Positions 29,355 to 37,926 of a stretch of 45,421 nt of DNA are shown one piece after another. A program made the position numbers and the translations under genes. Position 1 is the stretch's first letter. Each line of letters opens with the position of its first letter. A model generated the notes under the pieces. That model saw only the letters and a list, made by a program, of their open reading frames with translations, searched no databases and had not been told where the DNA came from. This DNA comes from a virus (Duplodnaviria > Caudoviricetes), in IMG/VR virus record IMGVR_UViG_3300025738_000172, positions 1-45,421 of that record; one strand, written 5' to 3'.

Positions 29355-30200
29355 ATGTTTAACTTGTTTATATCAAACGTTGGCAAAGCAGCGGGAAGCT
29401 TACTTATTACTGGAGCAATACTTTTAGTAATTATCATATTTAAAGAAATAGAACTAGCAACAACTAGCTCCGAAGTAATCAATGGAGACTTTTACAAGTC
29501 AAACTTTCATATATTCTGGGTTTCAACCTACTTGCTCGTAGCAGCAGGCATGTTTTTACCGCTTGTAGCTATCAAATTTAAACGAGGAGTACTACAAGTT
29601 CAAGCCTGGGCTGGATTCATATTCATACTTCTTTTCATTGTGCTTACCTTATTAGGTTTCTCAAAAAATGGGCAAGAAATCACTTCTAGCATGTCAACGC
29701 TGATGGTAGGTGTAGTTGTTTTACTTTCTACTGGACTCGGTTGGGTTATAAATCATCAACACGAACAAATCAAACACAGAGTTGGGCATACTTATAAAGT
29801 GCTGCTTGATAGTCGGTTGAGTGAGGCATTTCAAAAGCGTTATACTGACATGGTAATGATTTACCCTACAGGTAAAAGTTTAATTAAGGCTGACGTAAAC
29901 GCCTATATTCATAACAATTCCTTGGATGATGATAAAAACAAAGCGCTTATCGGAGCGTCATACATTTTAGATTTTTACGAGTTTATAGCATCGGGAATAG
30001 AGTCCGAAGATCTTGATGGTGATTTTCTTTATCAAAATGCTAGAGGATTTGTTTGTGGTATGTACTGCAAATGCTCGCATTTGATCATCTCTGTTCGCAA
30101 ACGAGGGCAGCCAAAAGCGTGGATACAACTAGAAGAGTTGGTTAAGAAGTGGGATGAAAAATACGATAAAGATCCAAAAAATAGAATGGCAAAGAATTAA
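29355..30200 (+). CDS. Membrane protein with DUF4760-like C-terminal domain (moron)
   Basis: About 4 TM helices, then HT..VLLDSRLS...ILDFYEFIASGI...DLD...AWIQLEELVKKW. Confidence 0.7.
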   Translation: MFNLFISNVGKAAGSLLITGAILLVIIIFKEIELATTSSEVINGDFYKSNFHIFWVSTYLLVAAGMFLPLVAIKFKRGVLQVQAWAGFIFILLFIVLTLLGFSKNGQEITSSMSTLMVGVVVLLSTGLGWVINHQHEQIKHRVGHTYKVLLDSRLSEAFQKRYTDMVMIYPTGKSLIKADVNAYIHNNSLDDDKNKALIGASYILDFYEFIASGIESEDLDGDFLYQNARGFVCGMYCKCSHLIISVRKRGQPKAWIQLEELVKKWDEKYDKDPKNRMAKN

Positions 30201-30287
30201 CTTTTATATATTTCCATAATGTAAATAACGCCCAAGAACCTTGAATTGGCAAACGTTACCTTGTTTTTTCAAACCACAACAGAGGTT

Positions 30288-30321
30288 TCCGTCCTTTATT
30301 GAACAATCATATAAGGACGGA
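30288..30321. terminator. Hairpin between convergent genes
   Basis: TCCGTCCTT...AAGGACGGA. Confidence 0.5.
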
Positions 30322-30345
30322 TCCACACATTAATATTTCATTATA

Positions 30346-30651
30346 TTAAATAAACCAAGTAACCATCCAACCAAATAATAATGCCATTGATGGTTTAGCT
30401 ATAGCTTTCCCCGCAAACCTACTTAATGCCTCACCAAAATCACTTGAGGTATCTTCAGAGTTGGAAGAATCATGGTTAGTTAAATAGCCTACAATCAAAG
30501 CTAAACCGGTTGCTAACGCTATCGATATAGGTTGAATATTAAAAACAGGCACAACAAACCACTCCCATAACACGCTTAACACGTATCCTGAATAAGTTAC
30601 TGATAATAGTATTATGACGATAAACCCTAAGCCTAATGTTAAATTCTTCAT
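30346..30651 (-). CDS. Small membrane protein
   Basis: VLSVLWEWFVVPVFNI.PISIA.A.GL. Confidence 0.75.
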   Translation of the reverse strand: MKNLTLGLGFIVIILLSVTYSGYVLSVLWEWFVVPVFNIQPISIALATGLALIVGYLTNHDSSNSEDTSSDFGEALSRFAGKAIAKPSMALLFGWMVTWFI

Positions 30652-30662
30652 TGTAATCCTCT

Positions 30663-30842
30663 CTATTTTTTATTGTGTAATAAGTTAAATAAAATCTGTG
30701 CCTGTGCTGATGCTTGTACTTCATGATCTATTATTGCCGCCGCTGTTTTTAATGCAGCCATTTTTTCTTGTGGTGTAAGCTTAAATTCATCCAGTGAAGC
30801 TATAGCTTTACTGGCTGCTGATGTATGCTGCGCTATATTCAT
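30663..30842 (-). CDS. 59-aa hypothetical protein (MNIAQHTSAASKAIASLDEF...)
   Basis: ATGA overlap with the Q-like stop; fills the gap; absent from the ORF track. Confidence 0.6.
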   Translation of the reverse strand: MNIAQHTSAASKAIASLDEFKLTPQEKMAALKTAAAIIDHEVQASAQAQILFNLLHNKK

Positions 30843-31183
30843 AACAACTCTCTCTCTGCTTTTTTAACCCAAAATAAAAACGTTTTAGCATCACCAAAGT
30901 AAAGGATCTGACCTTTGTTGATATAGCGCTGGCGTATAGCTGTTTTGCATTGATGACTTAACTTTTTCAAACTATTGTCGATCACTTCAATATAATCTGG
31001 AACGTGAATACTGTCAGAGCCACTAAATAGATGTAAAGTACTTGAGCTGGCACAACCAGCCTCACATGCTTCTTTTATCGCTTGCACGTTTGATTTACTA
31101 GAGAAACCCTGCCCCTCTTCTTGACGAGCCCAAAAGTTACCCCATTGCTTTAATTCGCTTTGAACGTCTCTAATTGTTCTCAT
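30839..31183 (-). CDS. Antiterminator Q-like late regulator
   Basis: LKQWGNFW...GF...IDNSLKKL...AIRQRY; last regulator before the lysis genes. Confidence 0.65.
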   Translation of the reverse strand: MRTIRDVQSELKQWGNFWARQEEGQGFSSKSNVQAIKEACEAGCASSSTLHLFSGSDSIHVPDYIEVIDNSLKKLSHQCKTAIRQRYINKGQILYFGDAKTFLFWVKKAERELL

Positions 31184-31388
31184 TGTCGGCTAGCTCCATA
31201 GCTTGAGGTAATGTCATTTTAAAAACATCAGTGATGATCCAAATAACATCATCAAAGGGTACCGGTGTTTTACAGCTCTCCCATCGAGAAATTGTTTTTA
31301 TAGATGGGCCATGCGCAAAAGCCACATCTTCTTGAGTCATTCCTCTAGCTTCTCTGGCCAGTTTGAGTAATACACCACCTCGAATCAT
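31170..31388 (-). CDS. XRE-family HTH protein
   Basis: LKLAREARGMTQEDVA...TISRWES. Confidence 0.88.
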   Translation of the reverse strand: MIRGGVLLKLAREARGMTQEDVAFAHGPSIKTISRWESCKTPVPFDDVIWIITDVFKMTLPQAMELADNENN

Positions 31389-31720
31389 TAAGTAACGTCC
31401 TTTAGTTGAGTTATTTCCCAGTCAATAAACTCTTGCCCTTTAGCAACATGCTCAACATTTATGATGCAGCGCTTGATCATCTTGTCGTTAAAGCCGTATT
31501 TTTTTTGCAAACAATCAACAAAGCATTTAACTGGGTTATCAAAATCAGCATTCTTACTTGATAAGCCGAACACTAATGAAAGCTGTAAATAACCACCTGG
31601 TACATCAAATGGCTTAAGCAATTTTGCCACACCAGTTATATAACGATTGTACTTAGGTGTTTTAAAGCGCTTACCCTGCCATGCTTCATTTACTGATAAA
31701 GGTTTTATATCTAGTCGCAC
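31388..31720 (-). CDS. rusA: RusA-like Holliday junction resolvase
   Basis: PLSVN, DFDNPVK..VDCL...FND. Confidence 0.82.
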   Translation of the reverse strand: MRLDIKPLSVNEAWQGKRFKTPKYNRYITGVAKLLKPFDVPGGYLQLSLVFGLSSKNADFDNPVKCFVDCLQKKYGFNDKMIKRCIINVEHVAKGQEFIDWEITQLKDVT

Positions 31721-31927
31721 TTACCACCGCCTATCGTTTAATCTTGACTGAAACTTTTTCTTTCTTGATTTTTTCCACGCTTCATCTTGAGTACCAAACC
31801 ATTTCAAAGCTGCTTGGCTATCAAATTTTTCAATGTATCGTTTTGCTAAGCAATCCATTCGATGCCAATTTTGTTTTTTTGCTTCAGCTGCAGTTTGTGG
31901 TCCTAGCGAACAAGCATTGTTAACCAC
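31721..31927 (-). CDS. Hypothetical protein
   Basis: GTG start overlapping the upstream stop. Confidence 0.6.
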   Translation of the reverse strand: MVNNACSLGPQTAAEAKKQNWHRMDCLAKRYIEKFDSQAALKWFGTQDEAWKKSRKKKFQSRLNDRRW

Positions 31928-32400
31928 TAAACGGAAGCAACCGTGCAATCAAAGCTAGGCACGAGTAAACGGTTAAGCTGTGGAAAATCTGCTTGCACCA
32001 TTTCAACAATACCCGGGTGATCATCAATAATTATTGAACACTCACTAAAATCACTTTTCAATCCTTGCAAAACATCACGTTTATAATCGACAGTATCTCG
32101 ATGATCGTCCATTGGCCTCATAACCAATTTGCATCCAAAGTCATAAAAGTAATCAAACAATTGTTCTTGGGTTTGCTTGCGAACGTTTTCACCTCGTGAA
32201 GTAACAAAAACTATTTTATTGTTGCCTTTATTAGCCAAATGTTTAACCAGGTTAATTACTGGCAATATAGGTTCGTCATCAACACAAGCCTCATTGAACT
32301 CCGTCCAATTTGGTGTATAGCCTCTGTCTTTTGGTATCAAATTCATTCGATGGAAATTACCAAAAATACAACCGTCAATATCACAAACAACCATAATCAC
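31927..32400 (-). CDS. HAD-superfamily phosphatase (polynucleotide 3'-phosphatase-like)
   Basis: CDIDG, VTSR, MRP.DD.R...K, IDD motifs. Confidence 0.85.
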   Translation of the reverse strand: MIMVVCDIDGCIFGNFHRMNLIPKDRGYTPNWTEFNEACVDDEPILPVINLVKHLANKGNNKIVFVTSRGENVRKQTQEQLFDYFYDFGCKLVMRPMDDHRDTVDYKRDVLQGLKSDFSECSIIIDDHPGIVEMVQADFPQLNRLLVPSFDCTVASV

Positions 32401-32453
32401 CCTTAAAAGTATTAATAAAAGTATTCCGCCTGCGGATACACTAAAACGTTAAT

Positions 32454-33701
32454 CTATACCGCTACACAACTGCTTTGCTGTGAAACATCACTACTGCACT
32501 GGACTGAATCTGGACTGAGAACAAAACAGTTATTATTCTGTGATTTAAGCCATTCACAATGTTGTTCTAAAGCAGCTAATCTCAACTTATGCGCATTACT
32601 AATGTAAGGTGCTACAACTTTACCAACACTGTGATTAAGCATTAACTCAGCAATTTGAGAATCAACTCCTGCCTCTTGCCAACATATTCTTGCGCATTTT
32701 CGTAGATCATGACTTGCCCAATCGCCATGGCTAAAACTATGGACCATTGCTAAAGCTTCATTGTTCGACAAGCAGTACTTACCACCAACATTAGGAAACA
32801 AATACTTTCCTTTGTAACGACACTTCAACTGATAATCTCGCCACTGCTTAAGCAACTCAACAAGCTCAGGCGGTAAATGAATAGTATGTGTTTTTCTATT
32901 TTTTATATCCTGCTTCGGAATAATCCAAACTGGCTCATTTCCCAAATTGAAGCTATGCCACTTAGCCTTACGCGTTTCACCAATACGGGTGCCTAAACTT
33001 AAAATAAGCATACAAAGCATTTTAACTATACGTGTCTGCTCTTCCATTTCATCAAGCAAACCGGTAACCATATAAGGGAATAACCGCGGCTCTTTCGGAT
33101 CACTAGAAAAATCGCCAAAGTGAGATATTTTAATGCCGGCTATTGGGTTACTTAGCATCAAATCTAAATCAAACGCTGAACTAAAGGCGGCTTTTAATGT
33201 ATGAAATATTTTAGTAACAGAGCTTTTTGCCAACTTCTTTTGACAAGGCCAAATCAACATTTTATCTAGCAAAGACTTATTAATGGTCTCTAGATCTACC
33301 GACTCTAAACAAGGCATTAAATGACACTTAATACCGCTAGCGATATCCTTTTTACGTTGTTCACTTAAATTAGCGTGACCTTGCATGCGTTCGTCGTGCC
33401 AGGTTAAAACGTCACCTACCGTTAATAAACAATCAGCGCTTATCGTGATCTCTTGCTTATTTCGGACTTTTTCAATTAACACACTAAAATTACGACGAAT
33501 ATCTGTAGTTTTAACCTCTGGCCACACAGCTACTTTCTTCCAGCTATTACGGTGAAGAATAAACCACTTAGCATGCATTCTATTTGTGCCGAACCTAATT
33601 TGAATTAATGGATTTAACGTATCGCGTATTCTCGTTACGCTAAGCAACGGTAGATGAGCAGAAATAGACTTATCGGTAATTTTTTCATTAACTAAAGCCA
33701 A
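32454..33701 (-). CDS. Tyrosine recombinase/integrase-family protein
   Basis: GTRIGE (R), IKN (K), HDLR, LNH, APY (Y) catalytic set; TTG start with GAGG RBS. Confidence 0.9.
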   Translation of the reverse strand: MALVNEKITDKSISAHLPLLSVTRIRDTLNPLIQIRFGTNRMHAKWFILHRNSWKKVAVWPEVKTTDIRRNFSVLIEKVRNKQEITISADCLLTVGDVLTWHDERMQGHANLSEQRKKDIASGIKCHLMPCLESVDLETINKSLLDKMLIWPCQKKLAKSSVTKIFHTLKAAFSSAFDLDLMLSNPIAGIKISHFGDFSSDPKEPRLFPYMVTGLLDEMEEQTRIVKMLCMLILSLGTRIGETRKAKWHSFNLGNEPVWIIPKQDIKNRKTHTIHLPPELVELLKQWRDYQLKCRYKGKYLFPNVGGKYCLSNNEALAMVHSFSHGDWASHDLRKCARICWQEAGVDSQIAELMLNHSVGKVVAPYISNAHKLRLAALEQHCEWLKSQNNNCFVLSPDSVQCSSDVSQQSSCVAV

Positions 33702-33745
33702 TTAAACAACCTCTACCATTAAAATATTTACTAAGTTAGATTCAA

Positions 33746-33868
33746 TCATTTCTTCACGACCCTACGATCACGTTCAGCTAATACCGCGCTGTATTTTGCA
33801 CTTGTTTGAATCCGGCCGATTAGGTAACCAACAAATAAACAACAAGCGCCAACTGATAAATATTCCAT
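33746..33868 (-). CDS. 40-aa small membrane protein (MEYLSVGACCLFVGYLIGR...)
   Basis: TAATG coupling with the upstream gene. Confidence 0.5.
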   Translation of the reverse strand: MEYLSVGACCLFVGYLIGRIQTSAKYSAVLAERDRRVVKK

Positions 33869-34083
33869 TATGCTTCTCTGTGCTTTTTCATAATTTTACA
33901 AACTGCTGACTGGCTAAGATTAAATCGGTCACCTACAACCACTTGGCTTTCACCAGACAACACAGCTTCAATTATTTTTGCTGTTGTTTTAGGGCCAGTA
34001 ACCTTAGTACAACTACCTTTATTAGCTGAATGAGCCGAAGGCATAACGCCATTGTAGGTTGATTTTACTGAAGCTAAATCCAT
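33868..34083 (-). CDS. Small HTH protein
   Basis: GESQVVVGDRFNLSQSAVCKI; ATG at 34083 with GGAG RBS. Confidence 0.65.
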   Translation of the reverse strand: MDLASVKSTYNGVMPSAHSANKGSCTKVTGPKTTAKIIEAVLSGESQVVVGDRFNLSQSAVCKIMKKHREA

Positions 34084-34085
34084 GG

Positions 34086-34934
34086 TTAAGCCGCTCCTGC
34101 GAGTTTTGCTGCCACTTCTGCACAAGACTCGCCTTTTAAACTATCGTTCTGATAAACATTTGATCTGTAACTGCCCCAGGTGAATGATATTGTTGCACCA
34201 CCACCTTCTTGAATTCGATCAACATTGCGTTCGCCTATGCAAGCATTCAACTCTTGGCCAACCAAATTGGTTAATAATATCGTCGGCTTCTCATTTTCAT
34301 ATCGGCCATTGAGCACATCAAACAAAATTAGCTTTTCTGACTCAGTTTCGTACTGCACGCCAATTTCATCAATGATCAACAAATCGTAACCAATAATTGA
34401 CTGTAAAATTTCATCTTCAGACTGTTCACTATCTCGTTTCCATGTAGCTCTAATGGCGCGAACTAACTGCATCACCGTAGTAAAGCGAGCTGACGCACCA
34501 TTGGTAATAACTTGGTTTGCAATAGCGCAAGCTAAATGCGTTTTACCGGTACCAGGTTGCCCCTGAAGAATTAAACCACCACCATTTTCTAATCTCTCAG
34601 CAAAGTGATTCGCATAAGTTCGGGCGATATTCAATGCAAGCTGCTGTTGCTGGCTTGTCGTTTGATAATTTTCAAAGGTACGGTTTAAAAACCGTTTAGG
34701 GATTGCCGCTTTAGTAAACTTCTGACGAATAACCTCTTGCTTTCGCTCAATGCATTCCTTAGTTTGCTCATCATTCAATGACTGTAATTCTTCTTGTTTT
34801 TGTATCTCAACACAATCAGGGCATTGACCACCACGTTTAGTAAGAAATGACGGTAGCTCATAACTCCAAACGCCATGAGTAGCACAATTACCAGCAACAC
34901 CGACTGTATTGGCAATATCAAATATATTTTTCAT
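34086..34934 (-). CDS. DnaC/IstB-like ATPase (helicase loader)
   Basis: GQPGTGKTHL, LLIIDEIG, RYENEKPTILLTN. Confidence 0.92.
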   Translation of the reverse strand: MKNIFDIANTVGVAGNCATHGVWSYELPSFLTKRGGQCPDCVEIQKQEELQSLNDEQTKECIERKQEVIRQKFTKAAIPKRFLNRTFENYQTTSQQQQLALNIARTYANHFAERLENGGGLILQGQPGTGKTHLACAIANQVITNGASARFTTVMQLVRAIRATWKRDSEQSEDEILQSIIGYDLLIIDEIGVQYETESEKLILFDVLNGRYENEKPTILLTNLVGQELNACIGERNVDRIQEGGGATISFTWGSYRSNVYQNDSLKGESCAEVAAKLAGAA

Positions 34935-35779
34935 GATGACTCTCCCTGCAACATAAAATCAGGTATCACAGTGGTTCCGTAATCTTTGTCAGAAAAGTTT
35001 TCAGAAGTGGTTTTTGATCTGAATGAGTTGGCTTGATAGTTTTTAGGTTCGTAAACGTCTGAATAGCAATTATCAATCGAGCTGGTAAGTTGAGCGACTG
35101 CATCAAAACCTTTTTCGTGAAACTTTGTTAACTTGGTAATCATTCGTTTGGCAGCATTTTCCGTCAAGGGCTTCTTCGCAGTTTTACGCATCAAGGCAAA
35201 TTCATTCCAAAGTTCAATCGGTAGCCACTGAGGAAGATCAACTGAAAACTTACTGTCTTTTGTATTATTGTCTTTTGTTATAGTGTCTTGTTTATTGTGG
35301 TTCCCTGTTTGGGGTGTTTTTTTACCCTGTTTAGGGGTGGGTCTACCCTGTTTAGGGGTGGTCGCTACCCTATTTAGGGGTGTTTTTCCGCTACCCTGTT
35401 TAGGGGTGGTTATTAAGTTTTTACTGAATTCCCACTCTGAAACGACAGGATTCACACCTATTTTTTTGCCATCAACTAACAATATGCCTCGACTAACCAA
35501 ACCTTTTTTAATGTCTGAAATATGCGTTTGCTTAATGCCCGTAATATCATTTAACTGGCCATTACAGATCCAATCCATCGACTTATTAAAGCCAAAGGTC
35601 TTCATCATTACTGCTTGCACTAAACGCCCTTCACGGTCGCTTAATTGCGTTTTACATAATGCTAAACCCAGTTCGTTAGCTACGCGATAATAGCCATTGT
35701 CAGTGTCTGCCTTCACGTACTCACGCCCTTGAATTTGTTCTTGTTCAGGAAAGTTGATTATTTCTGCACTATTTGTCAT
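34931..35779 (-). CDS. Replication initiator, lambda O-like
   Basis: ADTDNGYYRVANEL...KTFGFNKSMDWI..GQL; internal iterons. Confidence 0.9.
   Translation of the reverse strand: MTNSAEIINFPEQEQIQGREYVKADTDNGYYRVANELGLALCKTQLSDREGRLVQAVMMKTFGFNKSMDWICNGQLNDITGIKQTHISDIKKGLVSRGILLVDGKKIGVNPVVSEWEFSKNLITTPKQGSGKTPLNRVATTPKQGRPTPKQGKKTPQTGNHNKQDTITKDNNTKDSKFSVDLPQWLPIELWNEFALMRKTAKKPLTENAAKRMITKLTKFHEKGFDAVAQLTSSIDNCYSDVYEPKNYQANSFRSKTTSENFSDKDYGTTVIPDFMLQGESS
35301..35408. repeat. Replication origin: five iterons TACCCTGTTTAGGGGTG
   Basis: Copies at about 35301, 35323, 35344, 35366 and 35392 inside the O-like gene; quasi-palindromic like lambda ori. Confidence 0.9.
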
Positions 35780-35782
35780 AAT
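35754..35782 (+). promoter_or_regulatory. pO-like antisense promoter
   Basis: TTGATT-17-CATAAT overlapping the O start codon, as in lambda pO. Confidence 0.7.
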
Positions 35783-35788
35783 GACCTC

Positions 35789-35839
35789 GTTATATTTAAA
35801 CCGCTTTTCAATCTTTCTCAGGGATTAAGCGGTTTTTTT
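35789..35839 (+). ncRNA. OOP-like small antisense RNA (about 50 nt)
   Basis: Downstream of the pO-like promoter; ends in AAACCGCTT...AAGCGGTTTTTTT terminator. Confidence 0.6.
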
Positions 35840-36038
35840 GTATCTGTCTGGTGGTAAAACACCAGACCCTTTTTAAAACTCCCTGTTACTGCCTTTACTC
35901 GTACAGGTAACGATCTTCATGATGCTGGGCAACTCAACAACGCATCATCCTTAACGCGATTTTGTAAACTATCACCTTGGTAATAAAACTTCATTCAGCA
36001 GCCACTCTAAATAAACCCAGTTGGCTGTGGTAACTTGT

Positions 36039-36125
36039 ATACCTGTTAACTTATTGAATCCCAAACCTTTGGCTGATAATCTGCACAACGTCCAAGAAGA
36101 CAAACTAACAACCAAAGGAATGAAA
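36039..36125 (+). repeat. Promoter-hairpin-RBS element, copy 1
   Basis: TTGAAT-17-TAATCT (extended TG), CCTTTGGCTG...CAACCAAAGG inverted repeat, AAAGGA RBS. Confidence 0.85.
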
Positions 36126-36128
36126 ACC

Positions 36129-36368
36129 ATGTACGAATACCGACTTAACTACCTCTACAGCGAGGGCGATATGAATACAAAAAAATACCAGTCAACCACG
36201 CCTGTTAACGTAGGTGACGTTATTTACCCTGATGAGTATTATTATCATCAGGTAACTCAGATCCATCAGCAAAAGACAGGAGTCCTACTTGATCTTTCAA
36301 AATCTGCTCAATCTCCTGAGGAGGCAATACTTTTAAGAGAGCAGTCAGGACGAGATCTAAAGTATTAG
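36129..36368 (+). CDS. Antisense cargo protein 1 (hypothetical)
   Basis: ATG at 36129 (alternative 36120) after repeat copy 1. Confidence 0.6.
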   Translation: MYEYRLNYLYSEGDMNTKKYQSTTPVNVGDVIYPDEYYYHQVTQIHQQKTGVLLDLSKSAQSPEEAILLREQSGRDLKY

Positions 36369-36618
36369 ACGCTGCCATCTCAACGTCATGATCATGAAAC
36401 ACTCTTGCTGGCCACATAAGGTTTGCTTTAAGAGAAATACCACAATGATGAATCCCCAGAGTCGCTATGCCAATAGCGGCTTGGGTTTTTCCTGCCACTG
36501 TTGGCTTTCTTGGCAATGGTTTAATCAACACGTGACGCTTACCCGGATAAGGGTGTAATTGTTCAGCTACCTTAACCGCTTGCGCTTCACGTTCTTGATC
36601 GTTATCTGCTACATCCAT
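36220..36618 (-). CDS. Hypothetical early protein
   Basis: AAAGGT RBS; 3' end overlaps cargo gene 1. Confidence 0.6.
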   Translation of the reverse strand: MDVADNDQEREAQAVKVAEQLHPYPGKRHVLIKPLPRKPTVAGKTQAAIGIATLGIHHCGISLKANLMWPARVFHDHDVEMAASNTLDLVLTALLKVLPPQEIEQILKDQVGLLSFADGSELPDDNNTHQGK

Positions 36619-36651
36619 CTTTAAAATACCTTTACTGCTGTGGTGCGTTTA

Positions 36652-36737
36652 ATACCTGTCAACTTATTGAATCCCAAACCTTTGGCTGATAATCTGTAAA
36701 CGACCAAGAATAAAAACCAACAACCAAAGGAATGAAA
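36652..36737 (+). repeat. Promoter-hairpin-RBS element, copy 2
   Basis: Near-identical to 36039-36125. Confidence 0.85.
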
Positions 36738-36740
36738 TTA

Positions 36741-37160
36741 ATGAATAACAATGAAGATAAAAATGCTTTTGCAGTAATTAGCTCTCTAATTTTAGAAAGA
36801 GGAAATAAAACATTTCCTAGGCCATTTTCAATTGACGATAATTTTTTTCTTCTTGCCAAAAAGTATGGGCTGTCAGATATAATAGAGTCAAATAAGGATC
36901 TAATTAACGACACTATTACTTGGCTTCGATTAGATAAATATTTACATGCCGTTAGCGATACCAGTTGGTTACTGGCAGAGAAAAGCTTTAAAGATGTTGA
37001 ATTTAGAATCCCTTCACCAAGCATGAAATACCAATTTTTTACAAGGTATGACAATGGAGAAGTCTTCTTCTCAGGCAAAGATGACCATGGTTTTAATGCC
37101 GATATAAAATTAAAATTACAAGGCGTGGCTAAAAGGTTCATTTACGATCTTCCTGAGTAA
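36741..37160 (+). CDS. Antisense cargo protein 2 (hypothetical, possible winged-helix)
   Basis: ATG at 36741 (alternative 36732) after repeat copy 2; FP...DTITWLRLDKYL. Confidence 0.65.
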   Translation: MNNNEDKNAFAVISSLILERGNKTFPRPFSIDDNFFLLAKKYGLSDIIESNKDLINDTITWLRLDKYLHAVSDTSWLLAEKSFKDVEFRIPSPSMKYQFFTRYDNGEVFFSGKDDHGFNADIKLKLQGVAKRFIYDLPE

Positions 37161-37437
37161 TAGCCAAACCACTAATTGCTTCAACAGCATCAATGAAGTT
37201 TTCAGATTTTAAGCAATCGTCAATTTGTTTTTGCTGTTCAGCTATTTTTTTCTGAACAGCATTTAATCTGCTTCGAAAATTAAGACTGTTATCTTTAGTT
37301 GCAGCAATGTCTTGTTCGCTGATAGGTATTACGCTTAACTCGCCATTTTCAACATAAAGTACAACACCATCACCGCTAGATAAGGTGAGTGCATTAAGTA
37401 CTGCTTGAATTGTTTTGCATTGGTTACAAAAAGTCAT
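37138..37437 (-). CDS. Hypothetical protein in cII position
   Basis: Directly downstream of cro. Confidence 0.6.
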   Translation of the reverse strand: MTFCNQCKTIQAVLNALTLSSGDGVVLYVENGELSVIPISEQDIAATKDNSLNFRSRLNAVQKKIAEQQKQIDDCLKSENFIDAVEAISGLAITQEDRK

Positions 37438-37444
37438 TAGGAAA

Positions 37445-37642
37445 TCACTGCTTCAGCTTGGTTTTTTGGTATTTAATTACCGCCATAACACGGTTAACCT
37501 GAGGATTTGGGATCTTTCCTTGTGCAACCTTATAAAGCCATGCTTTAGGCACGTCGGTATCTTTTGAAATTTTAGGTATGTTGCCTCTAACCTTGACTTG
37601 TTCTGCAAGAAATTCTTCAGCAATTTTACTGTAATCTGTCAT
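37445..37642 (-). CDS. Cro-like HTH protein
   Basis: IPKISKDTDVPKAWLYKVAQGKIPNPQVNRV; divergent from the repressor. Confidence 0.85.
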   Translation of the reverse strand: MTDYSKIAEEFLAEQVKVRGNIPKISKDTDVPKAWLYKVAQGKIPNPQVNRVMAVIKYQKTKLKQ

Positions 37643-37650
37643 TATGATAA

Positions 37651-37703
37651 ATATCCTCTACATTTATGTAGAATATATTAGATCACAATAATAATTACTT
37701 CAA
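37651..37703 (-). promoter_or_regulatory. pR promoter with operator sites
   Basis: TTGAAG-17-TAATAT; inverted pair of TATWYTCTACA sites at 37651-37678. Confidence 0.75.
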
Positions 37704-37926
37704 TTGCTTTTTTATTTTATTTGCTGAGTTGTTTACCTAATTATTTGGCAAACCTATCTAAATAAACTGATATACAAAGGCTAATAGGCTTTATGGGTAT
37801 AAGCTAAAAAAATATAGTTTGTTAAAATATAAGTAAATATGCGTAACGCTTATAATTTTGTGGATTATTTTCTACCTTTAAATGTATACTAACAAGGTTA
37901 ACCAGTTTTATATAAATGGAGATTTT

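Noticed and set aside
35301-35408. Regularly spaced 17-bp repeats resembling a mini-CRISPR
   Set aside because: Spacers are only a few bp, the repeats lie in frame inside the O-like gene, and there are no cas genes; these are origin iterons
36220-36618. TraR/DksA-like N-terminus (MDVADNDQERE)
   Set aside because: No C4 zinc finger; resemblance too short to call
36659-37141. 160-aa minus-strand ORF
   Set aside because: Fully antisense to cargo gene 2, which has a promoter and RBS; composition looks like a shadow ORF, although its ATGA coupling to the upstream gene means it cannot be fully excluded
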